Origin: Halothiobacillus sp.
GTDB taxonomy: Bacteria > Pseudomonadota > Gammaproteobacteria > JAAZVP01
Direction of reading: 5' to 3'
Assembly (NCBI GenBank): GCA_018623495.1
Contig: JAAZVP010000004.1
Span: 2,016-66,015 of the forward strand
DNA length: 64,000 nucleotides
In this document: piece by piece, positions 19,108-28,899 of the stretch
Numbering within the stretch: the stretch's first letter is position 1
Layout: every line of letters begins with the position of its first letter
The notes under the pieces: model-generated
The model's input: the letters and a program-made list of their open reading frames with translations, nothing else
What the model was told of the DNA's origin: nothing
Database searches by the model: none
Made by a program: the position numbers and the translations under genes

Positions 19108-19815
19108 ATGCACTACCATCCGCCCCTGATCCCGGGTCGCCTGCTGCGTCGCTACAAGCGCTTTCTCGCCGACGTGGCGCTCGCCGACGGCCGCGAGGTG
19201 ACCGCCCACTGCGCCAACACCGGGGCCATGACCGGGCTGGCCGAGCCGGGGATGCGCGTCTGGCTGCACGACAGTGGCAACCCGAAGCGCAAGCACCCGC
19301 TGAGCTGGGAGCTGGTCGAGCCGCGTCCCGGCGTGCTGGCCCACGTCAACACCAGCCGCAGCAACGCCCTGGCCGCCGAGGCCCTGGAGAACGGGCGCAT
19401 CCCCGAGCTGGCCGGCTACCCGGTGATGCGCCGCGAGGTGCGCACGGGTGCATCGGGCAGCCGGCTGGATTTTCTGCTCGCGGGCCGGGGCAGGGCGGAC
19501 TGCTACCTCGAGGTCAAGCACCTCACCCTGCAGACCGGGGCGGGCCACGGCGCGTTCCCGGACGCGGTCACCCGGCGGGGTCGGCGCCACCTGGAGGAGC
19601 TCGCCGGGCGGGTCGCCGGGGGCCAGCGGGCGGTCCTGCTCTTCTGCGTGGCCCGCACGGACGTGGAGTCGGTCGGCCCGGCGCACGCGATCGATCCCGA
19701 TTACGCCCGGGCGTTCGACGACGCCTGGGCCGCCGGCGTCGAGGTGCTGGCCCGGCGCCTGGAGATCGGGAAAAATCGGGTTTTCCTGTTACGGCCGGTG
19801 CCCGTAACGGGTTAG
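19108..19815 (+). CDS. sfsA: SfsA family nuclease-like protein (sugar fermentation stimulation protein A)
   Basis: RRYKRFLADV, AHCANTGAM.G, SRLDFLL, YLEVK, FPDAVTRRG.RHL.EL, IDP.YA. Confidence 0.95.
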   Translation: MHYHPPLIPGRLLRRYKRFLADVALADGREVTAHCANTGAMTGLAEPGMRVWLHDSGNPKRKHPLSWELVEPRPGVLAHVNTSRSNALAAEALENGRIPELAGYPVMRREVRTGASGSRLDFLLAGRGRADCYLEVKHLTLQTGAGHGAFPDAVTRRGRRHLEELAGRVAGGQRAVLLFCVARTDVESVGPAHAIDPDYARAFDDAWAAGVEVLARRLEIGKNRVFLLRPVPVTG

Positions 19816-19918
19816 AATGCCCGCTTGCCCTGTGGATGGAATCGGCAGCCTGCCGCCAGCCGGGTGACGCATCCGACCCCCGGGGTGTCGTCCCGGGCGG
19901 TCTGCCAGAGGCGAAGAG

Positions 19919-21166
19919 ATGATCCGACCCTTCGAGCTATTCGTCGGCCTGCGCTACACGCGTGCCAAGCGGCGCAACCACTTCATATCGTTCATCTCGG
20001 CGACGTCCATGCTGGGCATTACCGTGGGCGTGATGGCCCTGATCACGGTGATCTCGGTGATGAACGGCTTCGAGAAGGAATTGCGCGAGCGCATCCTCGG
20101 CATGGCCTCCCACGTGGTGGTTTCGGCCGGCAACGAGCGCCTCGAGGACTGGCTGGACGTCAGCCGCCGCGTGAATGGCCACGAGGCAGTGGAGGCCTCC
20201 GCCCCCTACGTCCAGGCCGAGGCCATGCTCGCCGCCCAGCCGCGGGTGAGCGGGGCGGTGGTGAGGGGGGTGCTGCCCACCCTGGAAGCCGGCGTCACCG
20301 ACGTCGCCGACAACATGGTGGTCGGGCAGATGGACGACCTCCATGCCGGGGGCTACGGCATCGTCCTGGGGCGGGAGCTGGCCGCCCAGCTCGGGGTGAC
20401 CCTGGGCGACCCGCTGATGTTGATCACCTCCAACGTCAGCGTCACCCCCATCGGTGCGTTGCTGCGCGAGCGGCGCTTCACCGTGGTGGGCATCTTCGAG
20501 GTGGGGATGTACGAGTACGATCGCGGCACCGCCTTCATCCACATGAGCGATGCCCAGAAGCTCTTCCGCATGGACGACGCGGTGACCGGCGTGCGCCTGC
20601 GCCTGGACGAACTCTTCTCGGCCCCACGGGTGGCGCGCGAGCTGGGTTCCGAGCTCTCCGCCGAGCACTGGCTGCGCGACTGGACCCAGCGCCACGCCAA
20701 TTTCTTCCGCGCGGTGAAGACCGAGCGCACGGTGATGTTCGTGATCCTGGCGCTGATCGTTGCCGTGGCGGCCTTCAACATCGTCTCCACCCTGGTGATG
20801 GTGGTCACCGACAAGCAGTCCGACATCGCCATCCTGCGCACGCTGGGGGCCTCGCCACGATCGGTGATGGCGATCTTCATGATCCAGGGCACGCTCATCG
20901 GCGTGGTGGGCACGGTCCTGGGGTCGATCGCGGGGGTGACGCTGGCGCTCAACGTGGAGACGCTGGTGCCGGCGCTGGAGCAGCTGTTGGGCGTGCAGTT
21001 CCTCTCGCCGGACGTCTACTACATCTCCGAGCTGCCCTCCGAGCTGCACTGGGGCGACGTGGGCAGGATCGCGCTGCTGTCCTTCGGCCTTTCGCTGGTG
21101 GCCACCCTCTATCCCTCCTGGCGCGCGGCCCGGACCGAACCGGTGGAGGCGTTGCGCTATGAATGA
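19919..21166 (+). CDS. lolC: Lipoprotein-releasing ABC transporter permease (single LolC/E, LolF-like)
   Basis: [49 protein letters not shown]...PVEALRYE. Confidence 0.93.
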   Translation: MIRPFELFVGLRYTRAKRRNHFISFISATSMLGITVGVMALITVISVMNGFEKELRERILGMASHVVVSAGNERLEDWLDVSRRVNGHEAVEASAPYVQAEAMLAAQPRVSGAVVRGVLPTLEAGVTDVADNMVVGQMDDLHAGGYGIVLGRELAAQLGVTLGDPLMLITSNVSVTPIGALLRERRFTVVGIFEVGMYEYDRGTAFIHMSDAQKLFRMDDAVTGVRLRLDELFSAPRVARELGSELSAEHWLRDWTQRHANFFRAVKTERTVMFVILALIVAVAAFNIVSTLVMVVTDKQSDIAILRTLGASPRSVMAIFMIQGTLIGVVGTVLGSIAGVTLALNVETLVPALEQLLGVQFLSPDVYYISELPSELHWGDVGRIALLSFGLSLVATLYPSWRAARTEPVEALRYE

Positions 21167-21890
21167 CACCTATCTCGGCGGGCCGGTGGTGGAGTGCCGT
21201 GCGCTGACCCGCTCGTTCACCGACGCGGGCCACCGGGTCACGGTGCTGCGGGGCGTGAACCTGGCCGTGGCACGCGGCGAGCGCGTGGCCATCGTGGGCA
21301 CCTCGGGGGCCGGCAAGAGCAGCCTGCTGCACCTGATGGGCGGGCTCGACACGCCCACCAGCGGGCAGGTGCGGGTGGCCGGGCAGGATATCAGCCGCCT
21401 GTCGGGCGGCGAGCGGGGCCGGCTGCGCAACCGCAGCCTCGGCTTCGTTTACCAGTTCCACCACCTGCTGCCCGAGTTCAGCGTGGTGGAGAACGTCGCC
21501 ATGCCCCTGCTGGTCCGCCGCGAGGGGGTCCACCGGGCCCGCCAGAAGGCCACCACGCTGCTCGAGCGGGTGGGGCTGACCTCGCGCCTGGATCACAAGC
21601 CCGGCGAGATCTCCGGCGGCGAGCGCCAGCGGGTGGCCATTGCCCGGGCCCTGGTGAACGACCCCCTGTGCGTGCTCGCCGACGAGCCCACCGGCAACCT
21701 CGACCCGGCCACCGCCGATTCGGTCTACCAGCTGATGATGCGGCTCAACCGCGACCTCGGGACCAGTATCGTCACCGTCACCCACGACATGGACCTGGCG
21801 CGGCGCATGGACCGGGTACTGCGGATGAGCGGGGGCTACCTGGAGGAACTCAGCCCCGACGACGTTCGCGCCGGGAGCGCAGCTGGCTGA
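21159..21890 (+). CDS. lolD: Lipoprotein-releasing ABC transporter ATPase LolD
   Basis: [46 protein letters not shown]. Confidence 0.95.
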   Translation: MNDTYLGGPVVECRALTRSFTDAGHRVTVLRGVNLAVARGERVAIVGTSGAGKSSLLHLMGGLDTPTSGQVRVAGQDISRLSGGERGRLRNRSLGFVYQFHHLLPEFSVVENVAMPLLVRREGVHRARQKATTLLERVGLTSRLDHKPGEISGGERQRVAIARALVNDPLCVLADEPTGNLDPATADSVYQLMMRLNRDLGTSIVTVTHDMDLARRMDRVLRMSGGYLEELSPDDVRAGSAAG

Positions 21891-22368
21891 TCACCGCCAG
21901 CCGCCAGGACAGCCGCACGCCGAAATACCCCGCCAGTGACACCACCGGCGCGATCATCAGCGCTCCCAGCCAGAGCGGCACCCAGATCTGGCTGAGCACG
22001 GCGATGAACCAGTCGAGGTTCATCCGCTCGGGCATCCCCAGGGGCTCCCAGCCCAGCACCCAGCATCCCAGCCGGTAGGCCGAGTAGAAGGTCGGCGGCA
22101 TGGTCAGCGGATTGGTCACCCACACCAGGATGGCCGCCAGCGGCAGGTTCACCCGGAAGATCAGTGCCAGCGTCGCGGCGAACAGCATCTGCGCCGGCAT
22201 GGGCAGCATGGCGGTGAACAGGCCGGCGGCGAAGGCCCCGGCCACCGAGCGGCGGTTGAGGTGCCAGAGGGCGGGGTCGTGCAGGCGGTGGCCGAGCATG
22301 CCGAGCAGGCGGTGCTCACGCACGTAGTCGGCCGAGGGGGCCATGCGTCGGAAGAACTTGCGCGGCAT
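21850..22368 (-). CDS. DUF2062 family membrane protein
   Basis: [30 protein letters not shown]; conserved position between lolD and comEC. Confidence 0.88.
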   Translation of the reverse strand: MPRKFFRRMAPSADYVREHRLLGMLGHRLHDPALWHLNRRSVAGAFAAGLFTAMLPMPAQMLFAATLALIFRVNLPLAAILVWVTNPLTMPPTFYSAYRLGCWVLGWEPLGMPERMNLDWFIAVLSQIWVPLWLGALMIAPVVSLAGYFGVRLSWRLAVISQLRSRRERRRG

Positions 22369-22518
22369 GTCGCGTGGGAACCTCTGTACGAACCCCGTGT
22401 GCCGGACCGCCGGCGGGTCTAGACTCCGGGGAACCCGGGCCTGCGCCGAGCCGCCGGTTTTCCGCGGCGGTCCCGATGGAATCGGCTCGCCCCGAGTCTA
22501 CACGGAGGTTGTGAAGCC

Positions 22519-24798
22519 TTGCTGACACGCGCCCTGGCGATGCTCGTCGGCACCCTGGCAGCCCTCTGGCTGGCACCGTTCAACCGGGGTGCGGGGTTTT
22601 TGCTGGCGCTGCCCCTGTTGCTGATCGGCGCCCGGCGGGGCTCCGTGCCGCTCTCCTGGCTGGCCTTCGGCTGCCTCTGGGCCGGGCTGGTGGTGGCGAT
22701 CGCGGGCCCTCGGCCACTGCCGCCCGGGCTCGAGGGACGCGACCTGGCCGTGACCGGGCGCATCGCCACCATTCCCGACGAGCGCTCCTACGCTAGCCGA
22801 TTCGTGCTCGAGGTCAACCACGGGCGCACCGCGGTCACGCTCCCCGACCGCCTGCGCCTGAGCTGGTACGGCGAGCCGCCCGTGCTGCGCGCGGGTGATC
22901 GCTGGCGGCTCACGGTGCGCCTCCAGCGCCCCCACGGCTTCGTCAATCCCGCCGGCTTCGACTACGAGCGCTGGCTCTACCGCCAGGGCATCGGGGCCAC
23001 CGGCTACGTCCGCGCCTCGCCGGAGAACCGGCGCCTCGACTACGCGGGCTGGCGACTGGTCGCGCTGCGCGGCCGGCTGCTCGAAGCCCTGCGCGCCGAG
23101 CTCCCCGACACCCGCGCGGCGGGCCTGGTGCCCGCCCTGGCCCTCGGTTACCGCGGGGACATCCCCGGGGCGCTGTGGGAGGTCCTGATCCGCACGGGGA
23201 CCAATCACCTGGTGGCCATTTCCGGCCTGCACGTGGGCATGGTGTTCGGTGCCGTGTTCTTTCTCGCCCGTGGCCTCTGGGGCGCGCTGCCGAGGGCGGC
23301 GCTGGCCCTGCCGGCCCCCGTGGCGGCGGCGCTCGCGGGCTGGTCGGCCGCGCTCGCCTACGCGGCCCTGGCGGGGTTCGCGGTGCCCACGCGCCGGGCG
23401 CTGGTGATGCTCGGCGTGCTGGTGGCGGTGATCGTCCTCAGGCGCCGGGTGCGGCCGGGTGACGGCCTGGGCATGGCCCTGGCGGCCGTCCTGCTGGCCG
23501 ATCCCCCGAGCGTGCTCGATGCCGGCTTCTGGCTTTCCTTCGTCGCCGTGGCCGTGATCCTCTGGGCGGTGGCCGGCCGGCGTCGCCATGCCCTGGCCGA
23601 CTGGGGGCGTGTCCAGTGGGCCGCGGCGGCGGGCCTCGGTCCGCTCACCCTGGCGCTCTTCCAGCGGGCCTCGCTGGTGGCACCGCTGGTCAATGTCGTG
23701 GCGGTGCCCGCGGTCGCCTTCGCCGTGTTGCCGCTGGTGCTCCTCGGTACCCTGGCCCTGCTGGTCGCCCCGGCCCTGGCGGGTATCCCCCTGGCCCTGG
23801 CCGTGCACCTGCTGGAGATCGGCACGGGGCTTCTCCAGGCCGTGGCGGACTGGCCGCTGGCGGCGCATTCCGGTCGTGCCCCCACGCTGTGGCTGCTGTT
23901 CCCCATGGCCGTCGGCGTGGCGTGGTTACTGGCGCCGCGGGGCGTCCCCGGGCGCGCGCTCGCGCCCCTGTTGGTCGTCCTGCCGCTGCTGACCGGGCCG
24001 CCCCGTCCGGCCGCGGGCACCGCGCGGGTGACCCTGCTGGACGTGGGCCAGGGCATGGCGCTGGTGGTGGAGACGCGGACGCACGCGCTGCTCTTCGATG
24101 CCGGCCCGCGGTTCTCGCCCGCGCTGGATGCCGGCGAGGCGGCGGTGGTCCCCTTCCTGCGCCAGCGCGGCATCCGCCGGCTGGACGGGGTGGTGATCAG
24201 CAACGGCGACAGCGACCATGCCGGTGGACTGGGGGCCGTGCGCCGCGCGGTGGCCACCGGCTGGTTGCGCAGCGGCGAGCCGTCCGCGGTGGCCGGTAGC
24301 GCCCCCTGTGTCGCCGGCCAGTCCTGGAACTGGGACGGCGTCTCGTTCCGGGTCCTGCACCCTGCGGAGGGGTTCGTGGGTGAGGCCAACGACCGTTCCT
24401 GCGTGTTGCTCGTGGCGGCCGGTGGTCGGCGCCTGCTGGTCACTGGCGACATCGAGGCGGCCGCCGAGAAGGCATTGCTGGCCAGGGGGGTGGATCTCGG
24501 GGCCGGGGTGATCACCATGCCCCACCACGGCAGCCGGAGCTCGTCGACACCGGCGTTTCTCGACCGCGTCTCGCCCTCGCTCGCGCTGGTGTCGGTGGGC
24601 TACCGCAACCGCTATGGCCATCCCGACCCGGCCGTGGTCCGGCGCTACCGGGAGCGGGGCGTGGCGATCCGCCGCACCGACCGCTGCGGGGCGATCACCC
24701 TGACGCTGGGGGCGGACGAGCCGGAGCCGGAATGCGCCCGCTCGCAACGCTACCCCTGGCGCGCCCTCAGCCCGCCTCCAGCGACTGGAGCTCGCTGA
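22519..24798 (+). CDS. comEC: DNA uptake competence protein ComEC/Rec2
   Basis: OB domain (NPAGFDYERWL), GTNHLVAISGLHVG, GF.VPTRRA, GFWLSF and a beta-lactamase domain (LDVGQG, DHAGG, PHHGS, NRYGHP). Confidence 0.95.
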   Translation: MLTRALAMLVGTLAALWLAPFNRGAGFLLALPLLLIGARRGSVPLSWLAFGCLWAGLVVAIAGPRPLPPGLEGRDLAVTGRIATIPDERSYASRFVLEVNHGRTAVTLPDRLRLSWYGEPPVLRAGDRWRLTVRLQRPHGFVNPAGFDYERWLYRQGIGATGYVRASPENRRLDYAGWRLVALRGRLLEALRAELPDTRAAGLVPALALGYRGDIPGALWEVLIRTGTNHLVAISGLHVGMVFGAVFFLARGLWGALPRAALALPAPVAAALAGWSAALAYAALAGFAVPTRRALVMLGVLVAVIVLRRRVRPGDGLGMALAAVLLADPPSVLDAGFWLSFVAVAVILWAVAGRRRHALADWGRVQWAAAAGLGPLTLALFQRASLVAPLVNVVAVPAVAFAVLPLVLLGTLALLVAPALAGIPLALAVHLLEIGTGLLQAVADWPLAAHSGRAPTLWLLFPMAVGVAWLLAPRGVPGRALAPLLVVLPLLTGPPRPAAGTARVTLLDVGQGMALVVETRTHALLFDAGPRFSPALDAGEAAVVPFLRQRGIRRLDGVVISNGDSDHAGGLGAVRRAVATGWLRSGEPSAVAGSAPCVAGQSWNWDGVSFRVLHPAEGFVGEANDRSCVLLVAAGGRRLLVTGDIEAAAEKALLARGVDLGAGVITMPHHGSRSSSTPAFLDRVSPSLALVSVGYRNRYGHPDPAVVRRYRERGVAIRRTDRCGAITLTLGADEPEPECARSQRYPWRALSPPPATGAR

Positions 24799-25303
24799 GC
24801 ACGTTGCCGAGCAGTTGCCGCTGCCGGCCGCCGATCCCCTCGGCCAGGCGCTCGTGGTCGCGTTCGCCTTCCACCATCCGGATCAGTCGCTCGCCCAGCG
24901 GGTTGTCGCCGGCGCCGTTCTCCAGGCTCGCCGAGATGGCGGCGACGGCCTCGAGCGCCTCGTGCTCGCCCCGGGTGGCCTCGAAGACCATGGCCGCGAT
25001 CATCGGTGCCGCCTGCGCGGGATCCGGCGCCGCGTCGGGATCGGGCAGGGTGGCCGGGTCCTCGATCCCGCGCTGCACCGCCGCGACGATCACCCGGTCC
25101 TCCTCGTCGAGCCGGTCCGTGTCGCCGGCCTCGCCGGCGATCAGCCCGTCCAGGGTTGCCACCAGTGCCTCCCAGCCGTCCTCGGCCATCTGGTCGAGCG
25201 TGTCGCGCACGCCGTCCGCCGAACCCTCCCGGGCCGCTTGGGCGCAGGCACGGATGAGCCCGGCATGGGTGGCGATGATCTGCTTTTCCAGGTCGGGTTC
25301 CAT
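24767..25303 (-). CDS. Hypothetical acidic helical protein
   Basis: Strong RBS (GGAGGAG), host-like codon usage, LDEEDRVIV..I.DPATLPDP motif; downstream of valS. Confidence 0.8.
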   Translation of the reverse strand: MEPDLEKQIIATHAGLIRACAQAAREGSADGVRDTLDQMAEDGWEALVATLDGLIAGEAGDTDRLDEEDRVIVAAVQRGIEDPATLPDPDAAPDPAQAAPMIAAMVFEATRGEHEALEAVAAISASLENGAGDNPLGERLIRMVEGERDHERLAEGIGGRQRQLLGNVLSELQSLEAG

Positions 25304-25316
25304 TGCTCCTCCGGAG

Positions 25317-25398
25317 AGCTGGAAGCCGGAAGCTTGAAGACGGGGGAGCCCTCATTCTGTGGCCCTTATTCCAGCTTCGAGCTTCAAGCTGTCAGCTT
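25317..25398. repeat. Inverted pair of heptamer (AAGCTNG-like) tandem arrays
   Basis: Left arm agctgga-agccgga-agcttga-ag; right arm ttccagc-ttcgagc-ttcaagc-tgtcagc-tt is its approximate reverse complement. Confidence 0.75.
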
Positions 25399-25402
25399 GT
25401 TT

Positions 25403-28216
25403 CTACATCGCCTCGATCCTGGCCCGCTGTTCGCGCAGGTTGTCGAGCTGGGTGGTGAAGTCGGCCAGGCGTTCGCGCTCCTGGTTGACCACGGCTTCCG
25501 GGGCCTTGTTGACGAAGTTGTCGTTGCCCAGCTTGCCGTTGCACTTGGCGATTTCCTTTTCCAGCTTGCCGATCTCGCGGTCCAGGCGCTCGATTTCGGC
25601 GTCCTTGTCGATCAGGCCGGCCAGGGGAATATGGACCTTCATCTCGCCGACCAGGGCGATGGCCGATTCGGGGGCCTCGGACTCGTCCTCCAGCCAGTCG
25701 ATGGACTCCAGCCGGGCCAGCTGGGTGAGGAAGCCGCGGTTGTTCTCGGCACGCTCGCGGTCATCGAGGGTGCCGCCGGTCAGCAGCACGGGGACCTGCC
25801 TGGCCGGGGCGATGTCCATTTCCGAGCGGATGCGGCGCACGCCCATGATGAACTGCTTGACCCATTCCAGCTCCTCGATAGCGGCCTCGTCGATGCGCGC
25901 GTCGTCGGGCTCGGGGAAGGGCTGGCGCATGATGGTGTCGCCGGACTTGCCGGCCAGGGGCGCCACGGCCTGCCAGAGCTCCTCGGTGATGAAGGGCATG
26001 ATCGGATGGGCCAGGCGCAGGATGGTCTCCAGTACGCGCACCAGCGTCCGGCGGGTGCCCCGCTTGGCGGCCTCGGAGGCGGCATCGTCGTTGAGTACCG
26101 GCTTGGAGAGCTCCAGGTACCAGTCGCAGTACTCGTGCCAGATGAACTCGTAGAGGTCCGAGGCCAGCAGGTCGAGACGGTAGTCCTGGATGTGGCGGTT
26201 CACCTCGGCCTCCACCTGCTGGAGGCGGGCGATGATCCAGCGATCGGCCAGCGACAGCTCGACCGCGTCGCTCTCCACACCCGTGGCCGCTCCCGGCGTC
26301 CCGTCTCCCGCGGCATTCGCACCTCCCGGTGCATCATCCAGTCCCTCGCACTGCATCAGCACGTAGCGCGAGGCGTTCCACAGCTTGTTGCAGAAGTTGC
26401 GGTAGCCCTCGATGCGGCCCATGTCGAAGCGGATGTCGCGGCCGGTGGAGGCCAGTGCGGCGAAGGTGAAGCGCAGGGCGTCGGTGCCATGGGCCGCGAT
26501 GCCCTCGGGGAATTCCTTGCGGGTGGCCTTCTCGATCTGCCTGGCCTTCTCGGGCTGCATCATGTTGCGGGTGCGCTTTTCCACCAGCGATTCCAGGTCG
26601 ATGCCGTCGATCAGGTCCAGGGGGTCGAGGACGTTGCCCTTGGACTTGGACATCTTGTCGCCGTGGGCGTCGCGCACCAGCCCGTGGACGTAGACCTCCC
26701 GGAAGGGGACGTCGTCCATGAACTTGAGCCCCATCATGATCATCCGGGCGACCCAGAAGAAGATGATGTCGAAGCCGGTGACCAGCACCGAGGTGGGGTA
26801 GAAGGTCTCCAGTTCCGGGGTCTTTTCCGGCCAGCCCAGCGTGGAGAAGGGCCAGAGGGCGGAGGAGAACCAGGTATCCAGCACGTCCTCGTCCCGGGAC
26901 AGGGGCGTGTCACCGAGATCGTGCTTTTCCCGGACCTCGTCCTCGGTGCGCCCGACATAGACGTTGCCGTCCTCGTCGTACCAGGCGGGGATCCGGTGGC
27001 CCCACCAGATCTGGCGGGAGATGCACCAGTCCTGGATGTCCTCCATCCAGTTGAAATAGGTCTTGTCCCAGTTGCCGGGGATGAAGCGGATGCGGCCATC
27101 CTTGACCGCCTCGATGGCCGGCTCGGCCAGCGGCCTGGCACGCACGAACCACTGGTCGGTGAGCAGGGGCTCGATGACCGTGCCCGAGCGGTCGCCGCGG
27201 GGCACCTTGTGACGGTGTTCCTCGATTTCCTCCAGCAGGTCCTGTTCCTTCAGGTCGTGGATGATCAGGTCCCGGGCCTCGTAGCGGTCCATGCCCCGGT
27301 ATTTTTCCGGCGCGTTCTCGTTGATGCAGGCATCCGGGGTGAGGATGTTGATTTGGGGCAGGTCGTGGCGCAGCCCCATCTCGTAGTCGTTGAAGTCGTG
27401 GGCGGGGGTGATCTTCACGCAGCCGGTGCCGAACTCCATGTCCACGTACTCGTCGGCCACGATGGGGATCTCCCGGCCCACCAGGGGCAGCAGGATGGTC
27501 TTGCCCACCAGGTGCCGGTAGCGCTCGTCCTCGGGGTTCACCGCCACCGCCGTGTCACCCAGCATGGTTTCCGGGCGGGTGGTGGCCACCACCAGGTGGT
27601 CCGAGCCGTCGGCCAGCGGGTAGCGCATGTGCCAGAGGTGGCCGGTCTCTTCCTCGGAGACCACCTCCAGGTCGGAGACCGCGGTGTGCAGCACGGGATC
27701 CCAGTTGACCAGGCGCTTGCCGCGGTAGAGGAGGTCCTCTTCATACAGCCGGACGAAGACTTCCTTGACCGCCTCGGAGAGGCCCTCGTCCATGGTGAAG
27801 CGCTCGCGGCTCCAGTCGGGCGAGGTGCCCATGCGGCGCAGCTGGCGGGTGATGCCGCCGCCGGATTCCTCCTTCCAGTCCCACACCCGCTCGACGAACT
27901 TTTCCCGGCCCAGGTCGTGGCGCGTCTTGTCCTCGGCCTCGAGCTGGCGCTCCACCACCATCTGGGTGGCGATGCCCGCGTGGTCGGTACCGGGCTGCCA
28001 CAGGGTGTTGCGGCCCTTCATCCGCTGGTAGCGGGTCAGCGCGTCCATGATGGTGTCCTGGAAGGCGTGCCCCATGTGCAGTGTGCCGGTGACATTGGGG
28101 GGCGGGATCATGATGCAGAACGGATCGCCCTGGCCGGAGGGCGCGAAATGCCCCCGCTGCTCCCAGAACGGGTACCACTTCTGTTCGATGCTCTTGGGGT
28201 TGTAGGTCTTTTCCAT
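25403..28216 (-). CDS. valS: Valine--tRNA ligase
   Basis: PPPNVTG.LHMGHA (HIGH motif), [17 protein letters not shown] and a C-terminal coiled coil ([10 protein letters not shown]). Confidence 0.99.
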   Translation of the reverse strand: MEKTYNPKSIEQKWYPFWEQRGHFAPSGQGDPFCIMIPPPNVTGTLHMGHAFQDTIMDALTRYQRMKGRNTLWQPGTDHAGIATQMVVERQLEAEDKTRHDLGREKFVERVWDWKEESGGGITRQLRRMGTSPDWSRERFTMDEGLSEAVKEVFVRLYEEDLLYRGKRLVNWDPVLHTAVSDLEVVSEEETGHLWHMRYPLADGSDHLVVATTRPETMLGDTAVAVNPEDERYRHLVGKTILLPLVGREIPIVADEYVDMEFGTGCVKITPAHDFNDYEMGLRHDLPQINILTPDACINENAPEKYRGMDRYEARDLIIHDLKEQDLLEEIEEHRHKVPRGDRSGTVIEPLLTDQWFVRARPLAEPAIEAVKDGRIRFIPGNWDKTYFNWMEDIQDWCISRQIWWGHRIPAWYDEDGNVYVGRTEDEVREKHDLGDTPLSRDEDVLDTWFSSALWPFSTLGWPEKTPELETFYPTSVLVTGFDIIFFWVARMIMMGLKFMDDVPFREVYVHGLVRDAHGDKMSKSKGNVLDPLDLIDGIDLESLVEKRTRNMMQPEKARQIEKATRKEFPEGIAAHGTDALRFTFAALASTGRDIRFDMGRIEGYRNFCNKLWNASRYVLMQCEGLDDAPGGANAAGDGTPGAATGVESDAVELSLADRWIIARLQQVEAEVNRHIQDYRLDLLASDLYEFIWHEYCDWYLELSKPVLNDDAASEAAKRGTRRTLVRVLETILRLAHPIMPFITEELWQAVAPLAGKSGDTIMRQPFPEPDDARIDEAAIEELEWVKQFIMGVRRIRSEMDIAPARQVPVLLTGGTLDDRERAENNRGFLTQLARLESIDWLEDESEAPESAIALVGEMKVHIPLAGLIDKDAEIERLDREIGKLEKEIAKCNGKLGNDNFVNKAPEAVVNQERERLADFTTQLDNLREQRARIEAM
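26286..26332 (-). repeat. REP-like palindromic element in-frame within valS
   Basis: Minus strand reads gcacc-GGGA-ggtgc gaat gccgc-GGGAgacGGGAcgccGGGA-gcggc (two stems, four GGGA motifs). Encodes an extra Gly/Ala-rich loop. Confidence 0.6.
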
Positions 28217-28473
28217 GGGAGTCCGGTCTTCGCCCGCTTCGTGTTGTTCGACTCGGCCGGCGGGTCGCCTCCCGGGACGCCGAGCGGCGGGGAGGTTCCC
28301 GGCGGGCCAGCAATCACCGCAAATCGCCGAGTATACCTGATGCGTCCGCCTCTATGGGGGATGGTCGGGGAGGGTGCAGAACCGGCCGGGACGTGGCATG
28401 GTAGGCCCAAAACCGCACTGCCGGGAAGGGAATCCCGCCGACCGAGAACAAGAACCAGCCAGGGGGTGTTCGC

Positions 28474-28893
28474 ATGAGCCGGGAGCGTCGTCGTTTCGAG
28501 CGTCTTGAGGTATTCGCCATCGAGCGGGCCGAGCGCGAGGATCTGCGCGAGTGGTTGCAGGAGATGGAGACCGGCATTCCCGGGCTGGTGCGCAATTTCT
28601 CCTGGGCCGGGCTCGAACTCTGGCTGGAGCGCGAGGCGGAGGTCCCGCCGGCGGGGATGCACATCGACTTCCCGGCCATCGAGGGACTCGGCTTCGAGGG
28701 CTGCGCGGTGGACGCGCTGCCGGTCTGGCGCGATTTCGTCGACGAGCGCTTCCAGCGCATGGGCTGCGAGCTGGTGGATGTCGACGAGCAGGCCATGCGC
28801 CCGCTCAAGCACCTGTCCGAGTCGCTGGAGGCGCTCGCCGAGACCCCTTGGCGCCTGTGCGTGCAGGTGACCCCCGCCGAGGGCCTGGCCTGA
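28474..28893 (+). CDS. Stand-alone PilZ-domain protein (putative c-di-GMP receptor)
   Basis: N-terminal RxxxR (ERRRFERL) plus NxSxxG (NFSWAG), then VWR...MGCE strands. Confidence 0.7.
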   Translation: MSRERRRFERLEVFAIERAEREDLREWLQEMETGIPGLVRNFSWAGLELWLEREAEVPPAGMHIDFPAIEGLGFEGCAVDALPVWRDFVDERFQRMGCELVDVDEQAMRPLKHLSESLEALAETPWRLCVQVTPAEGLA

Positions 28894-28899
28894 GCCGGC

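Noticed and set aside
19919-21890. Missing lolE as a novelty
   Set aside because: A single LolC/E (LolF-type) permease is common outside enterobacteria.
24815-28477. 1220-aa plus-strand ORF
   Set aside because: Antisense shadow of valS with no recognisable motifs.
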